This document shows positions 7,517-14,987 of a stretch of 29,260 bases of DNA, one piece after another (within the stretch, counting starts at the first letter, position 1; every line of letters starts with the position of its first letter). Position numbers and translations under genes: made by a program. The notes below the pieces were generated by a model that was given only the letters and a program-made list of their open reading frames with translations, ran no database searches and was not told the DNA's origin. This DNA comes from Chloroflexota bacterium (GTDB taxonomy: Bacteria > Chloroflexota > Limnocylindria > Limnocylindrales > CSP1-4), in NCBI GenBank assembly GCA_017860675.1, contig JAGDMV010000001.1, positions 1 to 29,260 on the forward strand. The letters run 5' to 3'.

Positions 7517-8388
7517 GAGGTCGGCGCCCTCCCGTCGGCAGGGCGCGCCGCAGGCCCGACCGGGCGGACGACGATCGGCCCCCACGGCTCGTCCTGCCCG
7601 ACCGTCGCCTCCCGCCGCTTCACCAGCTCCAGCATGGCCAGGAAGGTTACCGCCACGACCACCCGGTCGCGAACCCCCCGCAGCAGGTCCTGGAGCACGA
7701 TCGGCCCGGCGGACGCGAGAGCGGCGCGGATGACGGCGGCGCGCTCGACCAGGGTGATGGTCCGGCCGAATGTCCCGGGCGGCGGCGGAGGCGGAGGCAC
7801 GACCCTGAACAGGTCGGTGAGCGCGCCGGCCAGCAAGGCCGGGTCGAGCGACGGGCCGGTGGGAGGCGCCGCTCCCGCCCGGGCCGCGGCCAGCGCGACA
7901 GCCGGTTCGCGTCGAACGAGTCGCAGTCCCGCGGCTGCCCGCTCGCCGAGCGCCTGGCCCGCGTCGCGGAAGGCGCGGTAGACCACGAGGCGCGCCCGCA
8001 GCTCCGCCTCCGGGTCCGGCTCGTCCACGGTTGCCGCCGGTGCCACCGGAGGCCGGGGCAGCAGCTCGCGGCTCTTGATGAGGATCAGCTGGCTGGCGAT
8101 GGCCACGAACGCGCTCACGTTGCCGAGGCGGTCGCCCTCAAGCGTGGCGAGGGCCTCGAGGTAGGCCTCGGCGAGGTCGCCGAGCTTGACAGTGCGGATG
8201 TCGAGCCGACGGGCCTCGACCAGGGCAAGCAGCAGGCCGATCGGGCCCTCCCACTCCTCGAGCCGCACCTGGGTGGCCGTCTCGGGCCGGCGGCCCGCCC
8301 CGAACGAGACGACCGGATCGTGCCCGGGGGCCCCGATCCGGGCCTGGTTCTCCCGGCCTGCGACGGCGGCCGCGCCGGGCTCGATCAT
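7513..8388 (-). CDS. scpA: Segregation/condensation protein A (kleisin)
   Basis: WEGPIGLLL (variant of FEGPLDLLL), LILIKSRELLP, and C-terminal VTFLAMLELVK..Q.EPWGPI. Sits directly upstream of scpB. Confidence 0.92.
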   Translation of the reverse strand: MIEPGAAAVAGRENQARIGAPGHDPVVSFGAGRRPETATQVRLEEWEGPIGLLLALVEARRLDIRTVKLGDLAEAYLEALATLEGDRLGNVSAFVAIASQLILIKSRELLPRPPVAPAATVDEPDPEAELRARLVVYRAFRDAGQALGERAAAGLRLVRREPAVALAAARAGAAPPTGPSLDPALLAGALTDLFRVVPPPPPPPGTFGRTITLVERAAVIRAALASAGPIVLQDLLRGVRDRVVVAVTFLAMLELVKRREATVGQDEPWGPIVVRPVGPAARPADGRAPTS

Positions 8389-8891
8389 CAGGCAGCCTCG
8401 TCGGCTTCGTGGAGCGCACGGGCGACCATCGCGTCACCGGACTGCGCCTCGCCGCGGATCAGGGCGACCGTCCGCGGGCTGCAGCCCGCCCGAGCCGCCA
8501 TGTCGGCCGAACGGGTGTCGTGATCGCGCAGTCGGGCCATCGCCGCGGCCCCGCCGGGTAGACGGCCGGCAGCCGACCAGACCCACGGACCGAGCTGCTC
8601 GCCGAGCGACCAGGCAACCCGGTGCCAGAGCCGGATCGAGCGGCCTTTGCCGGCGTCGTGGAGCAGACCGGCGGCGAGCACCTCGGGGTCGTCGATGCCG
8701 CGCTGACGCAGCCCGGCCACCACGTCGAGGGCGTGGCGTCGGTCGGCACGGGGCATGCTGTCGAACAGGCTGCGCTGGGCCGGCGTGGCCCAGGCGTCGA
8801 GAGCGGCTCGTTCGCCGGGCCCGACCCGGGCCACCAGGTGGCGCCCGAACTGGCGCGCCTTAGAAGCCAACCAGGAAGTCGATGAGCGCAT
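8388..8891 (-). CDS. HD-domain protein (predicted metal-dependent phosphohydrolase fold)
   Basis: DRRH...LLHDAGK...H...AD pattern. Stop overlaps the scpA start (TGATG). Start uncertain: ATG 8891 overlaps the upstream gene by 32 nt; TTG 8870 is an alternative. Confidence 0.8.
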   Translation of the reverse strand: MRSSTSWLASKARQFGRHLVARVGPGERAALDAWATPAQRSLFDSMPRADRRHALDVVAGLRQRGIDDPEVLAAGLLHDAGKGRSIRLWHRVAWSLGEQLGPWVWSAAGRLPGGAAAMARLRDHDTRSADMAARAGCSPRTVALIRGEAQSGDAMVARALHEADEAA

Positions 8892-9510
8892 ACACCGGAC
8901 CGGCGATCAGCTGGCCGGCCACGACGAGCAGCACGATCACGATCAGCAGCCCCCACTGATCCAGCGCCTGGTGGATCTGCCAGATCAGCCTGGGCGGCAG
9001 GAAGGCGAAGAGGACCTTCGACCCGTCGAGCGGCGGCACCGGGATGAAGTTAAAGACGAACAGGATGACGTTGATGGCCACGAAGTAGTAGGTCACGTTG
9101 ACCACGAAGGCGGCCAGCTGGCTGTACTCGGGCTGCATGGCGATGATCGCCCGGAAGACGAGCCCACCGACCACGGCCATCGCCAGGTTCGTCAGCGGAC
9201 CCGCGGCGGCGACCCACGCCTCACCGGTCCGTCCGCCCCGCAGGTTGACCGGGTTCACCGGGGTCGGCTTGGCCCAGCCGATGATGAAGGGGCTGAAGAG
9301 CGCCGACAGAGCGAGGACGCCAGCTCCGAGCGGATCGAAGTGAACGGCCGGGTTCAGGCTCAAGCGCCCGAACAGGCGCGCCGTCCCGTCGCCCAGCCGG
9401 TTGGCGGTCCAGGCGTGGGCGAACTCGTGGACCGGGAAGCCCACGAGCAGGAAGATCGCCACGGCGGCCAGGCGATAGACCGTCTCCGAGTCGAGGGTGA
9501 TGCCGAACAC
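8860..9510 (-). CDS. Site-2 protease family (M50) intramembrane metalloprotease
   Basis: HEFAH (HExxH), AAAGP..N and NFIPVPPLDG motifs, multiple hydrophobic segments, and GGAG ribosome-binding site before the GTG. Confidence 0.93.
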   Translation of the reverse strand: MFGITLDSETVYRLAAVAIFLLVGFPVHEFAHAWTANRLGDGTARLFGRLSLNPAVHFDPLGAGVLALSALFSPFIIGWAKPTPVNPVNLRGGRTGEAWVAAAGPLTNLAMAVVGGLVFRAIIAMQPEYSQLAAFVVNVTYYFVAINVILFVFNFIPVPPLDGSKVLFAFLPPRLIWQIHQALDQWGLLIVIVLLVVAGQLIAGPVYALIDFLVGF

Positions 9511-9545
9511 TGCGCTCCACGTCAGTGCGGGAGTAGGACCCCGGT

Positions 9546-9551
9546 ATGGTA
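9546..9551 (-). promoter_or_regulatory. -10 hexamer TACCAT upstream of the site-2 protease gene
   Basis: Lies in the 114-nt gap, 35 nt before the start codon. Motif match only. Confidence 0.4.
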
Positions 9552-9624
9552 CGCGGGGAGGAGCACGGTCGCGCGGGCTCCTCCCGGCGCCGGCGGGCAG
9601 GGGGTGTCGCGCCCGGAAGGGCGC

Positions 9625-10419
9625 CTACAGCTTTCCCAGCAGCTCTGCCTTCTTGGCGTCGAACTCCTCGGGCGTGAGGATGCCCTCGTCGCGCAGCTTG
9701 GCCAGCTCGCGCAGTTCGTCGGCCGTGCTGGAGACAGCCGGCACGGGCGGCTCGGGCGCGATCGGCTCGGCCGGCGGGACGGCGACCGCGGGCGCGGCGG
9801 GAGCGGCCTGGGCCGTGGCCACCATGCTCGGAGACATCACCGCCGGAGCTGCGATCGGGGGCGACGGCATCCGCGGCGTGTTGATCTCGACCAGGCGCTC
9901 GTTCTTCGCCTCCATGAACTGCTTCTTGAACTCGACCGGCGACTTGACCGTGCGCAGCTCCTCGAGGCCGCTCTCGGCCGCGGTCATGAACTCGAGGTCG
10001 CCGAAGCCCATGATCCGGCCCAGCCAGGGAACCTGGATCGACGCATCTGTGACGTTCTCGAGGGAGCTGTCGGTCGACTGCTTGTTGATGACGCCCTTGA
10101 CGTGCATCACCCGCCGGTCGGTCAGCAGGTACTCCTGGGTCTGCCACTGGATCGTCGACCAGACGAGGCCGATGGCGGCGAACACGAGGGCGAGGACGGT
10201 GACGATCCAGATGATGCTGTTCAACAGGTCGAGCAACGAGTTCACGGCCCCGCCGGTCCCGTTCGACTTGACGACGTTCGCCAGCAGGAAGCCGACGACG
10301 AAGACCACCACGGCGATCGCCACCCAGCGGCCCGCCACCAGGATTGGGAACATCCAGTGCTGGCGCTCGCGCCGGAGAACCCGCTCGTTGGCCGCCAGCA
10401 GACTGTCCGCGTACGTCAT
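9625..10419 (-). CDS. Membrane protein with bacterial PH (bPH_2/YdbS-like) domain and C-terminal SHOCT domain
   Basis: Two TM helices, then YLLTDRRV...G.I.K....L..V.D....Q/V.WLGR..GFGDL (bPH_2-like), a Pro/Ala linker, and ELRELAKLRDEGILTPEEFDAKKAELL (SHOCT). Strong purine-rich RBS. Confidence 0.88.
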   Translation of the reverse strand: MTYADSLLAANERVLRRERQHWMFPILVAGRWVAIAVVVFVVGFLLANVVKSNGTGGAVNSLLDLLNSIIWIVTVLALVFAAIGLVWSTIQWQTQEYLLTDRRVMHVKGVINKQSTDSSLENVTDASIQVPWLGRIMGFGDLEFMTAAESGLEELRTVKSPVEFKKQFMEAKNERLVEINTPRMPSPPIAAPAVMSPSMVATAQAAPAAPAVAVPPAEPIAPEPPVPAVSSTADELRELAKLRDEGILTPEEFDAKKAELLGKL

Positions 10420-10433
10420 CCTGTCCCTCTCCC

Positions 10434-11510
10434 TCAGGCGCGCGGGTGGGCCCGCGCGTACACCTCCCGGATCCGCTCGCCGGTCAGGTGAGTGTATATC
10501 TGGGTGGTCGCGATGCTAGCGTGCCCCAGCAGCTCCTGCACGACCCGGAGATCGGCCCCGCCCTCCAGCAGGTGGGTGGCGAACGAGTGGCGGAGGGTGT
10601 GCGGCGTCACGTTGCGGGCCGCCAGGCCGGCCGCGCTCGCCGACCTGGTCACGATCTCCCATGCCGCCTGGCGACCGAGCCGCCGGCCCCGGACCGACAG
10701 GAAGAGCGGACCGCCGCGGGCGACCGGCGCACGGTGGAGGGCGAGCAGGCCGGGCCGGACCTCCTCGCGATAGCGGGCAAGCCAGTCGAGGGCGATCTCG
10801 CCCACCGGGACGCGTCGCTCCCGGTCGCCCTTGCCGACGACGCGCACCGTCGCCTCGGCCAGGGACAGGTCCTGGGCGTCGAGCCCTGTCGCCTCGGACA
10901 CGCGCAGGCCGGCGGCGTACAGCAGCTCCAGCAGGGCGCGGTCGCGGACGCGGATGGCGGCCGGCGCCGCCTCCCCAGCCGGTGCCTCCTCCCCGGCTGG
11001 TGCCGCGTCATCTGCCGGCGCCTCGTCCCCTGCCGGCCCTCCCTCCCCGGCCGCGACGTCGTCGGGGCAGGCAGCCTCCAGCAGTCGCTCGACGTCGGCC
11101 ACCGACAGCGGGTCGGGCAGGATCCGCGGCTCGCGCGGCAGGTCCAGGAACGCGCCGATGTCGGACGCGACCAGATCCTCGGCCGAGCAGAAGCGGTAGA
11201 AGGCCCGCAGGGCCGCGGTGCGGCGGCGGATGCTCGTCGGGCGCAGGACCCGTCCAGCCGGCCCGGCTGACCCGGTCAGCCGGGCCAGGTAGTCGAGGAC
11301 TGGCTGGGGCGACCGGTCCCACGCCCCGCGTGCCTCGGGGGAGGCGGCGAAGGATCGCAGGTCGTTCCCGTACGCAGCCAGGGTGGCTGCCGCCAGGCCG
11401 CGCTCAACCCGCAGGTGGAGGAGGAACGCGTCGATGGCTGCCACCAGGGCCCGGGGCGGACCGCCAGCGCCGTCTCCGGGCTGTGCCCCGGCGCGGCCTG
11501 CGCCGCTCAC
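10434..11510 (-). CDS. xerD: Tyrosine recombinase XerD
   Basis: Catalytic R (GLRVSE), K (GKG), HxxR (HTLRHSFATHLL), H (LGH) and Y (TQIYTH), with C-terminal HPRA. GTG at 11510 overlaps the recN stop; the longer track ORF from 12170 is run-through inside recN. Confidence 0.9.
   Translation of the reverse strand: MSGAGRAGAQPGDGAGGPPRALVAAIDAFLLHLRVERGLAAATLAAYGNDLRSFAASPEARGAWDRSPQPVLDYLARLTGSAGPAGRVLRPTSIRRRTAALRAFYRFCSAEDLVASDIGAFLDLPREPRILPDPLSVADVERLLEAACPDDVAAGEGGPAGDEAPADDAAPAGEEAPAGEAAPAAIRVRDRALLELLYAAGLRVSEATGLDAQDLSLAEATVRVVGKGDRERRVPVGEIALDWLARYREEVRPGLLALHRAPVARGGPLFLSVRGRRLGRQAAWEIVTRSASAAGLAARNVTPHTLRHSFATHLLEGGADLRVVQELLGHASIATTQIYTHLTGERIREVYARAHPRA
10960..11049. repeat. Five degenerate 18-bp tandem units inside xerD (6-aa PAG[D/E][E/A]A repeat)
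   Basis: Units GCCGGCGCCGCCTCCCCA / GCCGGTGCCTCCTCCCCG / GCTGGTGCCGCGTCATCT / GCCGGCGCCTCGTCCCCT / GCCGGCCCTCCCTCCCCG. Confidence 0.85.
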
Positions 11511-13267
11511 ACCTGTGCGCCCGCGTGGCGGGCGCGCCACGCCTCGGCCCGGGCCAGCAGCTCCCGGGCCGAGGCCGCCACCGCCTCGCCGCCGGCCGGC
11601 CCGGCCAGCATCGCGGCGATCTCTGCCGCCCGCTCCTCGCCCTCGAGCCGGCGGACCTCGGTGATCGTGCGCCCGGCGCGCTCGCCCTTTCGGATCTCGA
11701 ACTGCGCGTCGGCATATGCCGCGATCTGGGGCAGGTGGGTCACGCACAGCACCTGGTGCCGGCGACCGAGCGCCCACAGCGACCGCCCCACCGCCTCGGC
11801 ACTCCGCCCGCCGATGCCGGTGTCGATCTCGTCGAACACGAGCGTCGGCGTCGCGTCGGCGGCGGCCAGCACCTCCTCGATCGCCAGGGCGAGCCGCGAC
11901 AGCTCCCCGCCCGACGCGATGCGGGCCAGCGGCCGGGCCGGCTCGCCCGGGTTCGGCGCGATCCGGAACACGACGGTGTCCGCCCCGCTTGCGTCGAAGG
12001 CCACGGCATCGCCTTCCAGCTCCACGGCGGGCTCGTCCGGCCCGGCCGGGCGGCGACCGACCCCCACCTCGACCCCGATGCCGCTCATCCCGAGGCCAGC
12101 GACGGCCGCCTCGATCGCCGCTCCCAGCCTGGCGGCCGCCTCCGACCGCCGAGCCGAAAGGGCCGCGCACGCCTCGGCGACCGCGGTCAGCAGCCTCGCC
12201 CGCTCGGCCGAGCGGCGCAGCTGCGCCTCGCCGAGGCCGCGCAGCCGCTCGGCCTCGGCGGCCGCTCCGGATGCGCGCTCGATCAGCGCGTCCACCGGAG
12301 CCCCGTACCTCCGTTCAAGCGCGAACAGGGCGGACAGCCTCGCCTCCAGCCCGGCGATCGCCGCCGGGTCGTGGTCGACGGTCTCGACCAGCTGCTGGAC
12401 CTCGCGGGCGGCGTCGTCGAGCTCTGCCTCGAGGCCGCGAAGGCGCTCGGTCAGCGGGCCGAAGCGGGGATCGAGGCGAGCCAGCGCGGCGCCTTCGCGG
12501 GCGGCACGCGCGACCTGGTCCCGCGCCCCAGCCGGCTCGTCGGCGCCCGCCGCGTCGGCAGTCCCGATCAGCAGGCGCGCAACAGCGTTCCCACCGGCGG
12601 CGATCGCCTCCCCGTGCCGCGACGCCCCGAGGCGGGATTGCAGCTCCTCCAGCTCGCCGCGGACGAGCCGGGCCGCGCCGATCTCCGCGGCTTCGTGCTC
12701 CGCCAGGGCGATCCGCCGCTCGAGCTCGAGCGGCTCGACCGCCAGGGCCGCAATCGCGGCCTCGTTGTCGCGCCACGCCCCCACCGCCGCGGCGACCACG
12801 GCTCGCTCGGCCGCGTGTCCGCCGAAGGCGTCGAGCAGCTCGCGCTGCCAGCGCTCATCGAGCAGCCGGGCCTGCTCGTGCTGGCCGTGGATCTCGACCA
12901 GCGGCCCCACGGCCGCGGCCATCCGGGCGGCGGTCACCGTCTCGTCGTCGAGGCGGGCGATCGACCTGCCGGCAGCGGAGACCTCGCGCGAGCTGATGAG
13001 CGGCTCCGGGTCACGCTCGAAGAGCGCCTCGACCCGCGCCGCGTCGGCGCCGTGCCGGACCAGCCCCGGGTCCGCCCGCGCCCCGAGCGCCAGCCCGAGC
13101 GCATCGATGAGCAGGCTCTTGCCCGCCCCGGTCTCGCCGCTCAGCACGTTGAAGCCGGTCGCGAAACGGATTCGCGCTCGCTCGATGAGAGCGAGGTCGG
13201 CCACCGCCAGCTCCAGCAGCCGGCCCGCGGCCGGTCCCTCCGCCGAGGGGCTGGCCGGATCGCTCAC
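11507..13267 (-). CDS. recN: DNA repair protein RecN
   Basis: Walker A SGETGAGKS, coiled-coil middle, signature SGGELSR, Walker B FDEIDTGIGG, and THLPQIA. Confidence 0.96.
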   Translation of the reverse strand: MSDPASPSAEGPAAGRLLELAVADLALIERARIRFATGFNVLSGETGAGKSLLIDALGLALGARADPGLVRHGADAARVEALFERDPEPLISSREVSAAGRSIARLDDETVTAARMAAAVGPLVEIHGQHEQARLLDERWQRELLDAFGGHAAERAVVAAAVGAWRDNEAAIAALAVEPLELERRIALAEHEAAEIGAARLVRGELEELQSRLGASRHGEAIAAGGNAVARLLIGTADAAGADEPAGARDQVARAAREGAALARLDPRFGPLTERLRGLEAELDDAAREVQQLVETVDHDPAAIAGLEARLSALFALERRYGAPVDALIERASGAAAEAERLRGLGEAQLRRSAERARLLTAVAEACAALSARRSEAAARLGAAIEAAVAGLGMSGIGVEVGVGRRPAGPDEPAVELEGDAVAFDASGADTVVFRIAPNPGEPARPLARIASGGELSRLALAIEEVLAAADATPTLVFDEIDTGIGGRSAEAVGRSLWALGRRHQVLCVTHLPQIAAYADAQFEIRKGERAGRTITEVRRLEGEERAAEIAAMLAGPAGGEAVAASARELLARAEAWRARHAGAQV

Positions 13268-14112
13268 GACGGCAGGAGCTCGGCCTTCTGTCGGAGCAGG
13301 TCCCAGAACGGGAGGGCCCCCTCCGGCTCGAGGAAGCGGATCGGCCGCTCGCGGGCGGCCACCGTGACGACGTCGCCGACCTCGATCGGGATGTCCGTCC
13401 GCCCGTCGACCGACACCAGCACCTCGTGCGCCTCCACGACCCGGCAGCGGACCGTCTGGCTCGAGTCGACGACCACCGACCGCAGCGCCGAGAGGTAGGC
13501 GGCGATGGGAGTGAGGACGAGATTCCTGCTCTCGGGCTCCAGGATCGGGCCCCCGGCCGAGAAGGAGTAGCCGGTGGAGCCTGTGGGGCTGGCCACCACC
13601 AGCCCGTCGGCCACGTAGGTGGCGAGATGGGAGCGGTCGATGTCGACGGACAGGTGGACGACCCGGGCCAGCGAGCCGCGGGCGATGACCACGTCGTTGA
13701 GGGCGGTGAAGGTCCGGCCCGGCTCGGCCTCACCGGCCGGATAGATCGCGCCCTGGAGCGCCATCCGCTCTTCGATCCTGAAGGCGCCGCGCTCCACCCG
13801 CTCCAGGGTCTGCTCCAGCTCGTGGGCCTCGGCCTTCGACAGGAAGCCGACCTTGCCCAGGTTGATGCCCACCAGGGGAACGTCCACGAGGGCCACCGCC
13901 CGGGCCGCCAGCAGGATCGTGCCGTCGCCGCCGAGCACCACGAGCACGTCGGTCGTCTCGAGCTCGCGGACGAGCGTCTCGCGCTCACCTGCCGGGGCGC
14001 TCCATGTGGTGATCCCGCGCGCGTCGGCCCAGCGCGTGGCCCGCTCGGCCAGCTCGAGCGCGGCCGTCATCTTGGGATTGTAGGCAAGCCCCAGCCGGCG
14101 AACCCCGGTCAT
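13264..14112 (-). CDS. nadK: NAD(+) kinase
   Basis: GGDGT, GINLGKVGFL, ALND and DGLVVASPTGSTGYSFSAGGP motifs. Confidence 0.96.
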   Translation of the reverse strand: MTGVRRLGLAYNPKMTAALELAERATRWADARGITTWSAPAGERETLVRELETTDVLVVLGGDGTILLAARAVALVDVPLVGINLGKVGFLSKAEAHELEQTLERVERGAFRIEERMALQGAIYPAGEAEPGRTFTALNDVVIARGSLARVVHLSVDIDRSHLATYVADGLVVASPTGSTGYSFSAGGPILEPESRNLVLTPIAAYLSALRSVVVDSSQTVRCRVVEAHEVLVSVDGRTDIPIEVGDVVTVAARERPIRFLEPEGALPFWDLLRQKAELLPS

Positions 14113-14912
14113 GCCGTCACCGCCGCGATCCGGGCGGCGAGATCAGCGGCACCACCCGTCGTCTCCCCCACCCCTGCCAGCAGAAAGAACTCGCGATTGC
14201 CGGCCGGGCCGAGCAACGGGGAGGCCGTCACGTCCCGTGGCTCAAGGCCCAGCCCGGCCGCGATCGACACGATCCGTTCGAGCACGGCTTGGTGGACTGA
14301 CGGGTCGCGCACCACGCCGCGCGGCGCCTGACCGCGACCAGCCTCGAACTGCGGCTTCACAAGGGCCACGATCCGGCCGCCCGGGCGGACGCACGAGGCG
14401 ATCGGGCCGAGCACGAGCCCGAGCGAGATGAACGACACGTCGACCACCGCCAGGTCGACCAGCACGCCCAGCAGGTCGGGTGACAGCGCCCGGGCGTTGA
14501 CCCGGTCGTGGACCACGACCCGCGGATCGCTCGCCAGCGTCGCCGCCAGCTGGCCGCGGCCGACGTCGACGGCGTGGACCCGGGAGGCGCCACGCTGCAG
14601 CAGGCAGTCGCTGAAGCCGCCGGTCGACGCGCCCGCGTCGAGGCAGACGAGGCCGGCAGAATCGACGGCGAACGCGTCGAGCGCGGCGGCCAGCTTCTCC
14701 CCACCTCGCGACACGTACGGGAGGCGTGCCTCCAGCGCCACCGGCACGTCCGCCGGGACGAGGTCGCCCGGCTTCACTCCCGAGCGGCCGGCGTCGCCCG
14801 CGCCCACCCGGACCCGGCCCGCGAGGACGAGCGCCTGGGCGCGCGATCGGGTCTCGGCCAGGCCGCGGTCGACCAGCAGCTGGTCCAGGCGCGTGCGTGC
14901 AGTCGGGCTCAC
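14109..14912 (-). CDS. tlyA: TlyA family rRNA (cytidine-2'-O)-methyltransferase
   Basis: S4 domain (RLDQLLVDRGLAETRSRAQ), YVSRGGEKL, LDAGASTGGF, DVSFISL, LVKPQFE and GNREF motifs. Confidence 0.95.
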   Translation of the reverse strand: MSPTARTRLDQLLVDRGLAETRSRAQALVLAGRVRVGAGDAGRSGVKPGDLVPADVPVALEARLPYVSRGGEKLAAALDAFAVDSAGLVCLDAGASTGGFSDCLLQRGASRVHAVDVGRGQLAATLASDPRVVVHDRVNARALSPDLLGVLVDLAVVDVSFISLGLVLGPIASCVRPGGRIVALVKPQFEAGRGQAPRGVVRDPSVHQAVLERIVSIAAGLGLEPRDVTASPLLGPAGNREFFLLAGVGETTGGAADLAARIAAVTA

Positions 14913-14918
14913 CGGGCG

Positions 14919-14927
14919 ATGATGCCA
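14919..14927 (-). promoter_or_regulatory. Extended -10 (TG-G-CATCAT) predicting a leaderless tlyA transcript
   Basis: Hexamer ends 6 nt before the GTG, so the predicted TSS falls on the start codon. No Shine-Dalgarno sequence. Confidence 0.5.
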
Positions 14928-14987
14928 CCATCGGCTGCACCGGCGCTCATCGAGGCTAGCACCGCCCGGTCGGAGCTGCCCATCCGG

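Noticed and set aside
11511-12170. Long N-terminal extension of XerD (track ORF 10434-12170)
   Set aside because: It overlaps recN in another frame. A GTGA-coupled start at 11510 gives a normal XerD N-terminus.
10661-13498. 945-aa plus-strand ORF, and similar long antisense ORFs (3203-5053, 5726-7981, 14508-17084, 18060-20081, 20786-23173)
   Set aside because: These are shadow ORFs opposite well-supported genes, expected in stop-poor high-GC DNA. They are Arg/Pro/Gly-rich with no recognisable motifs.
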